The notes beneath the pieces were generated by a model. The model searched no databases. It worked only from the letters and a program-made list of their open reading frames with translations, and was not told the origin of the DNA. Of a DNA stretch of 64,000 bases, positions 29,254 through 39,482 are shown piece after piece. Numbering within the stretch: position 1 is the first letter of the stretch; the number at the start of each line of letters is the position of its first letter. Source of the stretch: Spirochaetia bacterium (GTDB taxonomy: Bacteria; Spirochaetota; Spirochaetia; SZUA-6; Bin103); assembly GCA_965208575.1 (NCBI GenBank), contig CBDBOV010000003.1, positions 32,001 to 96,000 on the forward strand. Direction: 5' to 3'. The translations under genes and the position numbers were made by a program.

Positions 29254-29904
29254 TCAGGAGCCGCTGGCCAGGTAGGGGGAGGACTCGTCGACGAACGCGC
29301 GCCACAGTTGGTACTTGGGGTTCTGCAGGCGCTCGGCCACGGTCGGGTTGGTGCGCGGCTTGGTGGGCTTGCGGCGCAGGCGCATGTTGGCGCCCTGCGG
29401 GGTACGGCCGCCCTTGCGGGAGTTGCACGGCACACAGGCGCTGACCAGGTTGTCCCAGGTGTCGCGGCCGCCCTGCGAACGCGGCACGATGTGATCCACG
29501 GTAAGGTCGCGGGTGGTGAACCGCTTGCCGCAGTAGTGGCAGCGGAACAGGTCGCGGGCGTGGATGTTGCGCCGCGTCAGGCGCACCTCGCGCTGCGGGC
29601 GCCCGGTGTAGTGCAGCAGGCGGATCACGCGCGGCACGGCAATCGCCAGGCGCGGCGTGTGCACCCAGTCGGGCGGTTCGTGGCCGTTGCCGTGCCGCGG
29701 CGGATTGTTGGAACGCACCAGGTCCGACCACAGCATCCACGCCGCCAGGTCGTAGGTCCGGAACTGCCCGTCGTCCGTGGTAACGACTTCGGCCGCCTCC
29801 CGGATGAGCAGAATGAACGCACGGCGGGCGTTGGTGATGCGGATCGCGGTGTATCCGCTGTTCAGGACCAGCACGTTGGATTCGAGAATTGCCAGCTTGC
29901 CCAC
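29254..29904 (-). CDS. HNH endonuclease (McrA-like)
   Basis: VLVLNSGY N-terminus, CHYCG, TVDHIVPRSQGG, NLVSACVPCN. Confidence 0.92.
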   Translation of the reverse strand: MGKLAILESNVLVLNSGYTAIRITNARRAFILLIREAAEVVTTDDGQFRTYDLAAWMLWSDLVRSNNPPRHGNGHEPPDWVHTPRLAIAVPRVIRLLHYTGRPQREVRLTRRNIHARDLFRCHYCGKRFTTRDLTVDHIVPRSQGGRDTWDNLVSACVPCNSRKGGRTPQGANMRLRRKPTKPRTNPTVAERLQNPKYQLWRAFVDESSPYLASGS

Positions 29905-29984
29905 GACGCCTCGCTCGGCGGTGATCTAGACACGTTTGCCGATTCAAGTCGATACCGCCGCCGTATCGGGTGTACCATCGGCGC

Positions 29985-31088
29985 ATGGCCGATCCCCGTT
30001 ATCAGCGTCTCGCCGACGTTATCGTGCACCATGCCTGCCGGGTGACCGCGGGCGACAAGGTGCTCATCGAGGCCTTCGACATGCCGGAGCGGTTTCTCGT
30101 GGTGCTCATCGACACGGTGGCCGCCGCCGGCGGCCATCCCCTGTGCATGACCAAGAGCAACCGCGTGCTGCGCGCGCTGTACCGCAACGCCACCGAGCAG
30201 CAGATGGCGGTGTGGGGCAGCGTCGAACGGCGCCAGATGGAGCAGGTGCAGTGCTACGTGGGCCTGCGCGGCAGCCTCAACAGCACCGAACTCGGCGACG
30301 TGCCGCACGACCGCTATGCCCATTACTCGCGCCACGTGTGGCACGCCGTGCACACCTCGCTGCGGATCAAGAACACGCGCTGGGTGGTGCTGCGCTGGCC
30401 GACGCCGTCGATGGCGCAGCAGGCGCAGATGAGCACGGACGCGTTCGAGGACTTCTACTTCGACGTGTGCACGGTCGACTACCCGGCGATGGCGCGCTCC
30501 ATGGAGCCGCTGCGCGAATTGATGGAGCGCACCGACCGGGTGCGCATCCAAGGGCCGGGAACCGACCTGAGCTTCTCGATCCGGGACATCCCGGTGGTGG
30601 GCTGCTCGGGCGAGCGCAACATTCCCGACGGCGAGATGTTCACCAGTCCGGTACGCGACTCCGTGCACGGCACGCTTGCGATCAACACCCCCAGCCTGAA
30701 CCGCGGCATCGTGTTCGACGGCATCCGCCTCGAGTTCGACAACGGCCGCATCGTGGCGGCGGACGCCAATCATCGCGGCGACCTGAACCGGATTCTGGAC
30801 ACCGACGACGGTGCGCGCTACGTGGGCGAGTTTTCGCTCGGGTTCAACCCGCGCATCATGCAGCCCATGCTCGATACCCTGTTCGACGAGAAGATCGCCG
30901 GATCGTTCCACTTCACGCCGGGCCAGGCGTACGAGGAGGCGGACAACGGCAACCGCTCCGAGGTGCATTGGGACCTGGTGGTGATTCAGCGCCCCGAGTT
31001 CGGCGGCGGCGAGATCTGGTTCGACGATCGCCTGATCCGCAAGGACGGGTTGTTCGTGGTGGACGAGCTGCTGGCGCTCAACCCATAG
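29985..31088 (+). CDS. Aminopeptidase, M29 family
   Basis: NIPDGEMFT, GEFSLG, LFDEKIAGSFH and SEVHWD motifs. Confidence 0.92.
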   Translation: MADPRYQRLADVIVHHACRVTAGDKVLIEAFDMPERFLVVLIDTVAAAGGHPLCMTKSNRVLRALYRNATEQQMAVWGSVERRQMEQVQCYVGLRGSLNSTELGDVPHDRYAHYSRHVWHAVHTSLRIKNTRWVVLRWPTPSMAQQAQMSTDAFEDFYFDVCTVDYPAMARSMEPLRELMERTDRVRIQGPGTDLSFSIRDIPVVGCSGERNIPDGEMFTSPVRDSVHGTLAINTPSLNRGIVFDGIRLEFDNGRIVAADANHRGDLNRILDTDDGARYVGEFSLGFNPRIMQPMLDTLFDEKIAGSFHFTPGQAYEEADNGNRSEVHWDLVVIQRPEFGGGEIWFDDRLIRKDGLFVVDELLALNP

Positions 31089-31208
31089 ATGCCCTGGCCG
31101 GCGACCGCCGCCGGCTGGAGGAGATTCTGGCCCGCTATTGCCGCCGCTTCCTGGGAGCGGCCGGCCACCGGCCCGAACTCGGGGCCGCGATCCGGGGATT
31201 GCAGTGCG

Positions 31209-32324
31209 CTACCCGGCGTGCGGTGCCTGTTCGTCCGGCGCGCCGGATCCTGGAGCGCCGCCGTCCGGCGCTGCATCGTCCACGGCGTGTTCGCCGTCCG
31301 TGCCGTTCGGGTCCCCGTGGCGCACCGCGAACTGTTCCCACAGGATCACCGCCAGGGTGGCGATCACCGGTCCGACGATGAAGCCGATCAGGCCCAGCCA
31401 CACCAGGCCGCCGAGCGTCGACACCAGCACCAGCGCCGGGTGCAGGCCGGCGCGGTCGCCCACCAGCTTGGGCCGGATCAGGTTCTGGCTCACCACGGTG
31501 CCGGCCACGCCCACGGCGATCAGCCCGATGCCGCGGCCCACGTCGCCGAGAATGATGGCGATGATGCCGGCCGGCACGATGATGACGTTGATGCCGAGCA
31601 GCGGGAGCACCGACATGATCACCATGACCACGCCCCACAGGGTGGGCGACGGGAAGCCGAACACCGCGAACAGTACCGCTCCGAAGGTGCCTTCGATGAT
31701 GCCGATGAACAGGGTGCCGAGCACGGTGGCGTCCAGCGTGTTGGCGGCACGCTGCAGCAGTTCGCGGGAGTGCGCGCGGTCGAGCGGCAGCAGGCGGTAC
31801 ACGTACTGGATCAGCTTCTCGCCGTCGACCAGCAGGTAGATCACCAGGTAGATCACCACCACGCCGCGCAACGCGATGCCGGCGGCGCTCTGCAGGGCGG
31901 CGCGCGACGCGCTCAACGCCTGCGCGGCGGCGTCGCCGATCAGCGCCGAGATGCGCTCCTCGATCTGGTACTCCGCCATCAACTCCCGCACGCCCGGCAG
32001 TTTGCTCTGCACCCAGGTGAGCAGGCGCGGCCACTCGGTGCGCACGATCTGCGCGCCTTCCTCCACTTCGGCGATGATCAGGCTGGCAAGCAGCGCTACC
32101 GGCCCGGAGCCGACCAGCACCAGGCCGACGATGATCAGCACCGTGGCCTTGCCGCGCTTCATGCCGTGGCGGGTGAGCCAGCCCACCGGGTGGCGCAGCA
32201 CCAGCGCCAGGATCACGGCGATCACGACCGCCACCAGCAGCGGCACCAGCAGGCGGACGAACGCCGCGCTGAGAGCGACCAGCATCACGATGAAGAAGGC
32301 GTCCTGTATCTGCTTGCGTTGCAC
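31209..32324 (-). CDS. AI-2E family transporter
   Basis: TM pattern; [22 protein letters not shown] and GFIVGPVI motifs. Confidence 0.88.
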   Translation of the reverse strand: MQRKQIQDAFFIVMLVALSAAFVRLLVPLLVAVVIAVILALVLRHPVGWLTRHGMKRGKATVLIIVGLVLVGSGPVALLASLIIAEVEEGAQIVRTEWPRLLTWVQSKLPGVRELMAEYQIEERISALIGDAAAQALSASRAALQSAAGIALRGVVVIYLVIYLLVDGEKLIQYVYRLLPLDRAHSRELLQRAANTLDATVLGTLFIGIIEGTFGAVLFAVFGFPSPTLWGVVMVIMSVLPLLGINVIIVPAGIIAIILGDVGRGIGLIAVGVAGTVVSQNLIRPKLVGDRAGLHPALVLVSTLGGLVWLGLIGFIVGPVIATLAVILWEQFAVRHGDPNGTDGEHAVDDAAPDGGAPGSGAPDEQAPHAG

Positions 32325-32404
32325 GGCGACGGGGCACTCTGATACGGCGCGCCGAAAATGTCGAGCCCGCGCGCCGGGCACGGCGGGGCCGGATCGGGAT
32401 CGGC

Positions 32405-32743
32405 TCAGGCCTGGTAGTAGACGCGCTGCATCTGCTTCCAGGTGGGTTCGCCGGGGAACGGGATCTGCATCGGGCCGCAGGTGGCCAGCCACTGGCGGTT
32501 GCGCGGCTCGGCGGCCAGGCGCGCCATGTCGGCGTCGTAGTCGTCGCCGTCGTACTCGTAGTAGCCGAACAGGTAGTGGTTGCCGTCCGGGAACTGCTGC
32601 AGGTAGATGGAGAAGTTGCGCATGTGCGCGGCGGCGATCAGGTCGCGCACGCCGGGATGATGGTCGGCGTGCAGGCCTTGGTACTCGGCGAGTTTCTCCG
32701 GCCTGATTCCGATTACCATGCCGAAGCGTTGTATCTGACCCAT
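32405..32743 (-). CDS. rhaM: L-rhamnose mutarotase
   Basis: EY..LHA, RNFSIY and LFGYYEY motifs; divergent from the rhamnose isomerase. Confidence 0.82.
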   Translation of the reverse strand: MGQIQRFGMVIGIRPEKLAEYQGLHADHHPGVRDLIAAAHMRNFSIYLQQFPDGNHYLFGYYEYDGDDYDADMARLAAEPRNRQWLATCGPMQIPFPGEPTWKQMQRVYYQA

Positions 32744-32986
32744 GTCCGGTTGCGTAGCCGGTGCGGGCCGCGGCCGTCAAGCGCGGCGTGGACGGGGGCG
32801 GCAGGGGCAGGGCGGTGCGTCAGGCGATGCGCGGGCAGGCGAAGGTGCGCGGGGGCGGGCCGCGCGCGCATGGCAGGGCAGGGAAGGGCATGGCGCGGCG
32901 GCGACGCGTGGGGCGGCCGGGCCCAGGCGGCGTGCGTGCGGCGAGTGGCGTGGACGCGGCGGGGGCACTTTCTGCATGCTGATCCC

Positions 32987-34195
32987 ATGGATGCATATCA
33001 GCGGCTGGCGGACGACCTCGCCGCCTCCGGCGTGGACGTGGATGCGGTCAAGGAGAAGCTCGCGGCGCAGGCGATCGAGACGCCCTCCTGGGGCTACGGC
33101 AACAGCGGCACCCGATTCAAGGTGTTCCCGTGGCCGGGAGCGCCGCGCAACGTCTACGAGAAGCTGGACGATGCCGCCTACATCCACCGCCTGACAGGCG
33201 CGGCGCCTACCGTGGCGCTGCACATTCCGTGGGACCGGGTGGACGACTGGCCGGCGCTCGGGCAGTACGCGCAGGAGCGCGGCGTCGGCATCGGAGCGAT
33301 CAATCCCAACGTGTTCCAGGACGAGATCTACCAGCTCGGCAGCGTGTGTCATCCGCAGGCGGCGGTGCGCGAGCGCGCGGTGGCGCACATGGTCGACTGC
33401 TGCGCGGTGATGAAGGCGACCGGCAGCGGCCTGCTCAGCGTGTGGCTCGCCGACGGCACCAACTACGCCGGCCAGGACAGCATGAGCGACCGCAAGGCGC
33501 GGCTGGAGCGGGCGCTGGCGGAGGTGTACGCCCACCTGCCGGACGGCGCGCGCATGCTGGTCGAGTACAAGTTCTTCGAGCCCGGTTTCTATCATACCGA
33601 CCTGGCCGACTGGGGCATCGCCTACGCCACCGCATTGAAGCTCGGGCCGAGTGCCGAGGTGCTGGTCGACACCGGCCACCACGCGCTGTCCACCAACATC
33701 GCGCATATCGTCAGCTACCTGCTTGCCGAGGGCCGGCTCGGCGGCTTCCATTTCAACTCCCGCCGCTACGCCGACGACGACCTGATCGTCGGCAGCGGCA
33801 ACCCGTTCGAGCTGTTCGAGATTTTCTGCGAGCTGGTCAGCGCCGGCGACGCGGCGGCGAACGTGGCCTACATGATCGACCAGAGCCACAACATCGAGCC
33901 CAAGCTGGAGGCGATGCTGGTCAGCGTGCTCAACTGCCAGTCCGCCTATGCCAAGGCGCTGATCGTCGACTACCCGCTGCTGCGCGAGCGGCAGGCGGCC
34001 GGCGACGTGCTCGGCGCCCACCGGGTGTACGTGGACGCGTTCGAATCCGACGTGCGGCCGCTGCTGGCGCAGGTGCGGCGGGAGCAGGACCTGCCGCCCG
34101 ATCCGCTCGCCGCGCTGCGCGCCGACGACTACGCCGCCCGCGTCGCCGCCGAACGCGGCACCGCCGAAACGGGCGGCGGCGGGTATCCGGGCTAG
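32987..34195 (+). CDS. rhaI: L-rhamnose isomerase (RhaI type)
   Basis: [33 protein letters not shown] and YADDDL motifs. Confidence 0.9.
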   Translation: MDAYQRLADDLAASGVDVDAVKEKLAAQAIETPSWGYGNSGTRFKVFPWPGAPRNVYEKLDDAAYIHRLTGAAPTVALHIPWDRVDDWPALGQYAQERGVGIGAINPNVFQDEIYQLGSVCHPQAAVRERAVAHMVDCCAVMKATGSGLLSVWLADGTNYAGQDSMSDRKARLERALAEVYAHLPDGARMLVEYKFFEPGFYHTDLADWGIAYATALKLGPSAEVLVDTGHHALSTNIAHIVSYLLAEGRLGGFHFNSRRYADDDLIVGSGNPFELFEIFCELVSAGDAAANVAYMIDQSHNIEPKLEAMLVSVLNCQSAYAKALIVDYPLLRERQAAGDVLGAHRVYVDAFESDVRPLLAQVRREQDLPPDPLAALRADDYAARVAAERGTAETGGGGYPG

Positions 34196-34421
34196 CAGGC
34201 CGCGGCGGAACCCGGTGTCGCGCCGAGAGCGGCCAGCCGGGATGGATCGCTGCTCGAATGCAACTGGAGTTGCGCCACGAGCTGCGAGCTGCCGTCTTGC
34301 AGCGGCCTGCCCCCGAGACGTGCCGGCAGCGCGCGCCGCTGCGCCGGTTGTCCGTTCCATCCGGCGCCGACTGCCCGCGGGCAGCGCCGGCGGGCGCCGG
34401 CTCCGGTACGCCGCTCCCCGG

Positions 34422-34841
34422 TCAGTCGGGGGCGCCGGGGGTGTCTTCGCCGGCGCTGGTGAAGGCGGCGATCGCCGCCACCGCGGCCACCAGCGCGTTG
34501 ATGGCGAGCCAGCCGCGTTCGTCGGCCAGGGTGTCCGCGAACAACACCCCGAAGAACGGGTAGATGATGGCCGGCGCGCTGCTGAACAGCTCGATGGCGA
34601 GCCGGATCGCCACCGCGGCGCCCGCTCCGATGGTGGCGCCGGTAGCCAGCAGTTGGCTGATCGGGCCGCTCTCCTCCAGCCACGAGGTGAGCATCAGCAG
34701 GGCCACAGGCACGGCCGCCGAGTAGAATACGAACAGTCCGCGGCTCTGCTCGCCGAACAACTCGACTTCCAGGCCCGGGAGGTTAAACGCCAACACGCCG
34801 GCCACGACCCCCATTATCGCAACCAGTCCGAGCCGCAGCAT
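34422..34841 (-). CDS. Small hypothetical membrane protein
   Basis: About four hydrophobic segments; high-GC3 codon usage. Confidence 0.65.
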   Translation of the reverse strand: MLRLGLVAIMGVVAGVLAFNLPGLEVELFGEQSRGLFVFYSAAVPVALLMLTSWLEESGPISQLLATGATIGAGAAVAIRLAIELFSSAPAIIYPFFGVLFADTLADERGWLAINALVAAVAAIAAFTSAGEDTPGAPD

Positions 34842-34945
34842 GGCGCCATCCTGCACCGTACGGCACGGCCAGGAAAAGCCCGCCGGCGGACCGGGCGGGT
34901 GAAACGGAGGGCGCCAATCTGGTAGGGTGGCGCCCGTCAAGAGCG

Positions 34946-37642
34946 ATGTTCACCAAGACCGACAAGACCGCGCGCCAGATCCGCCAGGACTTTTTCGACT
35001 ATTTCGTGGAACGCGAGCACACGCTGGTGCCGAGCGCGCCGGTGGTGCCGGCCGACGACCCGACGCTGCTGTTCACCAATGCCGGCATGAACCAGTTCAA
35101 GGACGTGTTCCTGGGCACCGGCACGCGTGGCTACCGGCGCGCCGTGGACACCCAGAAGTGCATCCGCGTGAGCGGCAAGCACAACGACCTGGAAGAGGTG
35201 GGCCGCGACACCTACCACCACACCTACTTCGAGATGCTCGGCAACTGGTCGTTCGGCGACTACTTCAAGGCGGAGGCGATCGCCTGGGCGTGGGACCTGC
35301 TCACCCGCGTGTGGGGCCTGCCCAAGGAGCGCCTGTACGCCACCGTGTTCGCCGGCGACGAGGGCGACGGCCTGCCCGCCGACGACGAGGCGGAGCGGCT
35401 GTGGCGCGGCGCGACCGACATCAACCCGGATCACGTACTGCGCTTCGGCAAGAAGGACAACTTCTGGGAGATGGCGGACACCGGCCCATGCGGGCCCAAC
35501 TCGGAGATTCACGTGGACCTGACGCCGGACGGCTCCGGCGGCGGCCTGGTGAATGCCGATGACCCGCGCGTCATGGAGATATGGAACCTCGTGTTCATCC
35601 AGTTCAACCGCACCGCGAGCGGCGTGCTGGAGCCGCTGCCGGCACAGCACGTGGACACCGGCATGGGCTTCGAGCGCATCGTGGCGGTGCTGCAGTGCAC
35701 GGACAACTACGGCACCGACGTGTTCACGCCGCTGATGGACCGCATCGGCGACCTGGCCGGGCAGCGCTACGCCGCCGCCGAGGCCGAGCGGCAGGTGGCG
35801 TTCCGGGTGGTGGCCGACCACGTGCGCATGCTGAGCTTCTCGATCGCCGACGGCGCGCTGCCCTCCAACGAGGGCCGCGGCTACGTGCTGCGCCGCCTGC
35901 TGCGCCGCGCCGCCCGCTACGGCCGCCTGCTGGACATGACCGAGCCGTTCGTGCACCGGCTGGTGGCGACGGTGGCGGAGATGCACGCCGCCGAGTTCCC
36001 GGAGGTGGCGGCGCGCGCCGACTACATCGCCGAGGTGATCAAGGCGGAGGAGGCCAGCTTCGGGCGCACCCTCGGGCGCGGACTGGAGATCTTCGCCGGC
36101 ATCGCAAGCCAGGCGGAGGCGGACGGCAAGGACGCGGTGCCGGGCGGCCAGGCATTCCGCCTGTACGACACCTACGGGTTTCCGCTCGACCTGACCCGCA
36201 TGCTGGCCGAGGAGCGCGGCCTGGGCGTGGACGAGGCCGGTTTCGACACCGCCATGGAACAGCAGCGCGAGCGCGCGAGGCGCGCCGGCAAGTTTGCGGC
36301 CGGCGGCGTGGAGGCCTCCGAGTGGGTGCCGGTGCACGCGCTCGAACGGCAGCGGTTTGTCGGCTACGAGCAGCTCGAGGTGACCACGCTCGTGCACAGG
36401 TGGGCGGTCAAGGACGGCCTCTGCCACGTGGTGCTGGCCGAGACGCCGTTCTATGCCGAGGCCGGCGGCCAGGTGGGCGACCGCGGCGCCATCACATTCG
36501 GCGAGGGCAATGGCGCATTGACCCTGACCGTGGAGGACACGCAGCGCGACGGCGACCTTGTCCTCTGCCGCTGCCCGCTGCCGGAAGGCGCCGCCGCGGA
36601 CCGCCTCGCGGACGCGGACTGGAGCGCGCCGGTCACCGCCCGGGTCGACGCTGCACGGCGCGCGCCGACCACCTCCAACCACACCGCCACCCACCTCCTG
36701 CACATGGCGCTGCGCCGCATCCTGGGCGACCACGTGCACCAGGCGGGCTCGCTGGTGGCCCCGGACCACTTGCGCTTCGACTTCACCCATTGGCAGCGCG
36801 TGGAGCCGGAGCAGCTCGCCGAGCTCGAGCGCATCGTCAACGGCGTGGTGTGCGACGACCACGAGGTGGACTACTTCACCACCGCCTTCGACGACGCGCA
36901 GCGCCTGGGAGCCATGGCGCTGTTCGGCGAGAAGTACGGCGACACGGTGCGCGTGGTGCGCATCGGCGGCGAGCAGCGTCCGGTAAGCCTGGAGCTGTGC
37001 GGCGGCTGCCACGTGCGCCGCACCGGCCAGATCGGGCAGTTCGTGATCAGCTCCGAGGGCAGCATCGCCAGCGGCGTGCGCCGCATCGAGGCGCGCACCG
37101 GCGGCGCCGCGGTGCAGGCGATGCAGGAGCAGCGGGCCTCCCTGCAGCAGGTGAGCGCGCTGCTCGGCGGCGGCACCGGCGAGGCCGCGCAGCGCACCGG
37201 CGAACTGGTACAGCACGCCCGCGAACTGGAAAAGCGCGTCAAGGCGCTGGAGGCCGAGCAGAGCACGCAGCAGGCGCGCGTGCTGGCCGCCGAGGCAGAG
37301 GAGGTCGGCGGCGTGCGACTCATCCTGCGCGCCTTCGACGACCAGCAGCCCGCCGCGCTCAAGAATCTGGCCGAGCGGCTGGCTAGCGAAGCGTCCGGTA
37401 CCGTGGCGTTCCTGGCATCCACCCGGGGCGGCAGATTGGCAATCGCCTGCGCGGTAAGCTCCGATCTGGCCAGCCGGGACGGTGGCCTTTCCGCAGCCGT
37501 CCTTGCCAAGGAAGCCGCGGAAGTGGCAGGCGGCGGCGGCGGCGGGCGACCCACGCTCGCCACCGCCGGCGCAAGAGAGACGGCCGACCTCGACGCAGTG
37601 CTCACCAGCGTCCGTGACCACGTTGCCGCGGCGCGCGGCTGA
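34946..37642 (+). CDS. alaS: Alanine--tRNA ligase
   Basis: LLFTNAGMNQFK, HHTYFEMLGN, NHTATHLLH, ELCGGCH and GGGGG motifs. Confidence 0.98.
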   Translation: MFTKTDKTARQIRQDFFDYFVEREHTLVPSAPVVPADDPTLLFTNAGMNQFKDVFLGTGTRGYRRAVDTQKCIRVSGKHNDLEEVGRDTYHHTYFEMLGNWSFGDYFKAEAIAWAWDLLTRVWGLPKERLYATVFAGDEGDGLPADDEAERLWRGATDINPDHVLRFGKKDNFWEMADTGPCGPNSEIHVDLTPDGSGGGLVNADDPRVMEIWNLVFIQFNRTASGVLEPLPAQHVDTGMGFERIVAVLQCTDNYGTDVFTPLMDRIGDLAGQRYAAAEAERQVAFRVVADHVRMLSFSIADGALPSNEGRGYVLRRLLRRAARYGRLLDMTEPFVHRLVATVAEMHAAEFPEVAARADYIAEVIKAEEASFGRTLGRGLEIFAGIASQAEADGKDAVPGGQAFRLYDTYGFPLDLTRMLAEERGLGVDEAGFDTAMEQQRERARRAGKFAAGGVEASEWVPVHALERQRFVGYEQLEVTTLVHRWAVKDGLCHVVLAETPFYAEAGGQVGDRGAITFGEGNGALTLTVEDTQRDGDLVLCRCPLPEGAAADRLADADWSAPVTARVDAARRAPTTSNHTATHLLHMALRRILGDHVHQAGSLVAPDHLRFDFTHWQRVEPEQLAELERIVNGVVCDDHEVDYFTTAFDDAQRLGAMALFGEKYGDTVRVVRIGGEQRPVSLELCGGCHVRRTGQIGQFVISSEGSIASGVRRIEARTGGAAVQAMQEQRASLQQVSALLGGGTGEAAQRTGELVQHARELEKRVKALEAEQSTQQARVLAAEAEEVGGVRLILRAFDDQQPAALKNLAERLASEASGTVAFLASTRGGRLAIACAVSSDLASRDGGLSAAVLAKEAAEVAGGGGGGRPTLATAGARETADLDAVLTSVRDHVAAARG

Positions 37643-37725
37643 TGTAGTGCGACGGGCCCGGCGCAGCTCACGGAAGATGAGAGTAAATTGTTAATCATTA
37701 AATAAATATGGGAAGTCGTCAGGGA

Positions 37726-37768
37726 CAACCGAGGTTGGTTGACAACGCGGAGAATGCGCTCGTACATT
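37726..37768 (+). promoter_or_regulatory. Putative promoter TTGACA-18-TACATT with an abutting palindrome CAACC-GA-GGTTG (possible operator)
   Basis: AT-rich upstream tract; precedes a TA-like pair. Confidence 0.5.
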
Positions 37769-37818
37769 CAATTGCTACTTGAGTTCGCAGGTGTATCTGT
37801 GAGTGGTGAGAATTCAGC

Positions 37819-38346
37819 GTGAGTAACACAGGGCAAAACAACGATTCATGGCGGCCTGCCGGGAAAGAGTGGCCACTGCTGTTCTCGTACCGAGCGCAGT
37901 TGAAGGTTAAGGGATCACTTGTTCTCATTGAGCTATCGGGTCGCGCTACCGCGTACGTGGATAGGGGTGGCGCTGTTTGGATGGACGGCGTATACCCGGG
38001 AGCATTCACTGCGGCTGGCGATAGTCTGGAGCACGCGGAGGCAGACCTTCGATCGACTCTGACGGAGGTCTTTCTCGATATTGCACACGAGAGCAACGAT
38101 GTAGCCGAGTTTACTTGTCAAGCGGAGGATTTCCTCCGTGCGACCGATGACGACACCGTCGCGGAGTGGAACAGTGCTCTGGCAAGAGTGCGTAGGAGCA
38201 GCGGGGTAGCGGTTGCCGGATTGCAGCGCCGATCCGCAGATGAGCACCAGCCGTCTGTCCAGGTTACCGGCGGGCCTCCCCAAGCCGATGCTCCGCTGCT
38301 GTTGCCTGAAAAACCAGAATCCTTGGAGCTTACAGCCGCCGCTTGA
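37819..38346 (+). CDS. HicB-like antitoxin
   Basis: PGAFTAAGDSLEHAEADLRSTL resembles the HicB core; acidic protein. Confidence 0.55.
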   Translation: MSNTGQNNDSWRPAGKEWPLLFSYRAQLKVKGSLVLIELSGRATAYVDRGGAVWMDGVYPGAFTAAGDSLEHAEADLRSTLTEVFLDIAHESNDVAEFTCQAEDFLRATDDDTVAEWNSALARVRRSSGVAVAGLQRRSADEHQPSVQVTGGPPQADAPLLLPEKPESLELTAAA

Positions 38347-38347
38347 G

Positions 38348-38600
38348 ATGCCCCAGGTTCGAGAGAGTAGCGTGTTGGCAGCGCTGGATCAGTGCGCCCC
38401 CGGAGCGACCGTGGAAACCAAGCGCCACAGGAAGTGGGTCATGGTCGCTGGCAAGACCTATCGAGGGTTCCCGAGAGGTGGGCATGGCGAGAAGAACCCT
38501 GAAGTCGAACTTGGCCACGTCAGTAATTGGCCACGTCAGGAAACTGGGGCGATTCTTCGACATCCTCGACTGCCTGAAGCGAATCATCTCTGGCCTCTGA
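38348..38600 (+). pseudogene. HicA-like toxin, frameshifted by a 16-bp insertion
   Basis: Removing one TTGGCCACGTCAG copy plus TAA gives a 78-aa basic ORF ending EVELGHVRKLGRFFDILDCLKRIISGL. Confidence 0.6.
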
Positions 38601-38669
38601 GGGAACCGCGGCGCGGCGCTTGGCGGACGGTGGGTGAATGTAGCATATTCCAGCACCGGAGCAATTTGC

Positions 38670-38909
38670 ATGTCACGAGTCTGTAAGATCACCGGCAAGC
38701 GGCCGATGGCCGGCAACAACGTGTCCAAGGCACACAACAAGACGCGGCGGGTGCAGCGGCCCAACCTGCAGCGCAAGCGCATCTACCTCCCGGAGGAGGG
38801 CCGCACCGTTACCCTGCGGCTGTCGGCGCGCGCCCTGCGCACCGTGGACCGCAAGGGCCTGATGAACTACCTGCGCGACGAGGGGCTGGAGCTCCGCGAC
38901 GTGACCTGA
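38670..38909 (+). CDS. rpmB: 50S ribosomal protein L28
   Basis: MSRVCKITGKRPMAGNNVSKAHNKTRR. Confidence 0.97.
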   Translation: MSRVCKITGKRPMAGNNVSKAHNKTRRVQRPNLQRKRIYLPEEGRTVTLRLSARALRTVDRKGLMNYLRDEGLELRDVT

Positions 38910-39472
38910 TGGCCGGTTCCACCGAGGCGCGCATCGGCATCATCAACGTTTCCGACCGCGCCGCCGCCGGCATCTACGAGGACACGCCGGGCAAGGCGGT
39001 GGTCGCCGCGCTCGGCGAGTACCTGCTGTCTCCCTGGAGCAGCGAGTACCGCGTCATTCCCGACGAGCGCGATCAGCTCACCGCGGCCATGATCGAGATG
39101 GCCGACGACAAGGGCTGCTGCCTGGTGGTCACCACCGGCGGCACCGGCCCGGCGGTGCGCGACGTTACCCCGGAGGCCACCGAGGATGCGTGCGAGAAGA
39201 TGCTGCCCGGGTTCGGCGAGCTGATGCGCCAGGTCAGCCTGCAGTACGTACCGACCGCCATCCTGTCGCGGCAGACCGCCGGCGTGCGCGGCGCTACCCT
39301 GATCGTGAACCTGCCCGGGCGCCCGCGCGCCATCCGCCAGTGCCTGGACGCGGTGTTCCCGGCGATCCCCTACTGCGTCGACCTGGTCGGCGGTCCGCGC
39401 CTGGAGGTGAATCCCAACGTGGTCAAGGCATTCCGCCCCGGCGAGGGCAAGCCGTCCGAAGCTCGCTCCTGA
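38909..39472 (+). CDS. mog: Molybdopterin adenylyltransferase
   Basis: SDRA, TTGGTGPAVRDVTPEAT, AILSRQ and NLPG motifs. Confidence 0.93.
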   Translation: MAGSTEARIGIINVSDRAAAGIYEDTPGKAVVAALGEYLLSPWSSEYRVIPDERDQLTAAMIEMADDKGCCLVVTTGGTGPAVRDVTPEATEDACEKMLPGFGELMRQVSLQYVPTAILSRQTAGVRGATLIVNLPGRPRAIRQCLDAVFPAIPYCVDLVGGPRLEVNPNVVKAFRPGEGKPSEARS

Positions 39473-39482
39473 GAAACAACAA

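Noticed and set aside
20379-29275. Long plus-strand and alternative-frame ORFs over the SBP copies (577, 695, 701, 675, 758 aa)
   Set aside because: Shadow ORFs of high-GC3 genes; only the last ~70 codons of the 695/701-aa frames are real (the displaced SBP C-terminus)
29254-29904. HNH gene as an IscB/Cas9-like or homing nuclease driving the array
   Set aside because: No RuvC motifs or ncRNA; core-like codon usage and a widespread stand-alone family. Only adjacency links it to the array
34937-37621. 894-aa ORF antisense to alaS
   Set aside because: In-register antisense artefact of codon bias; no recognisable motifs
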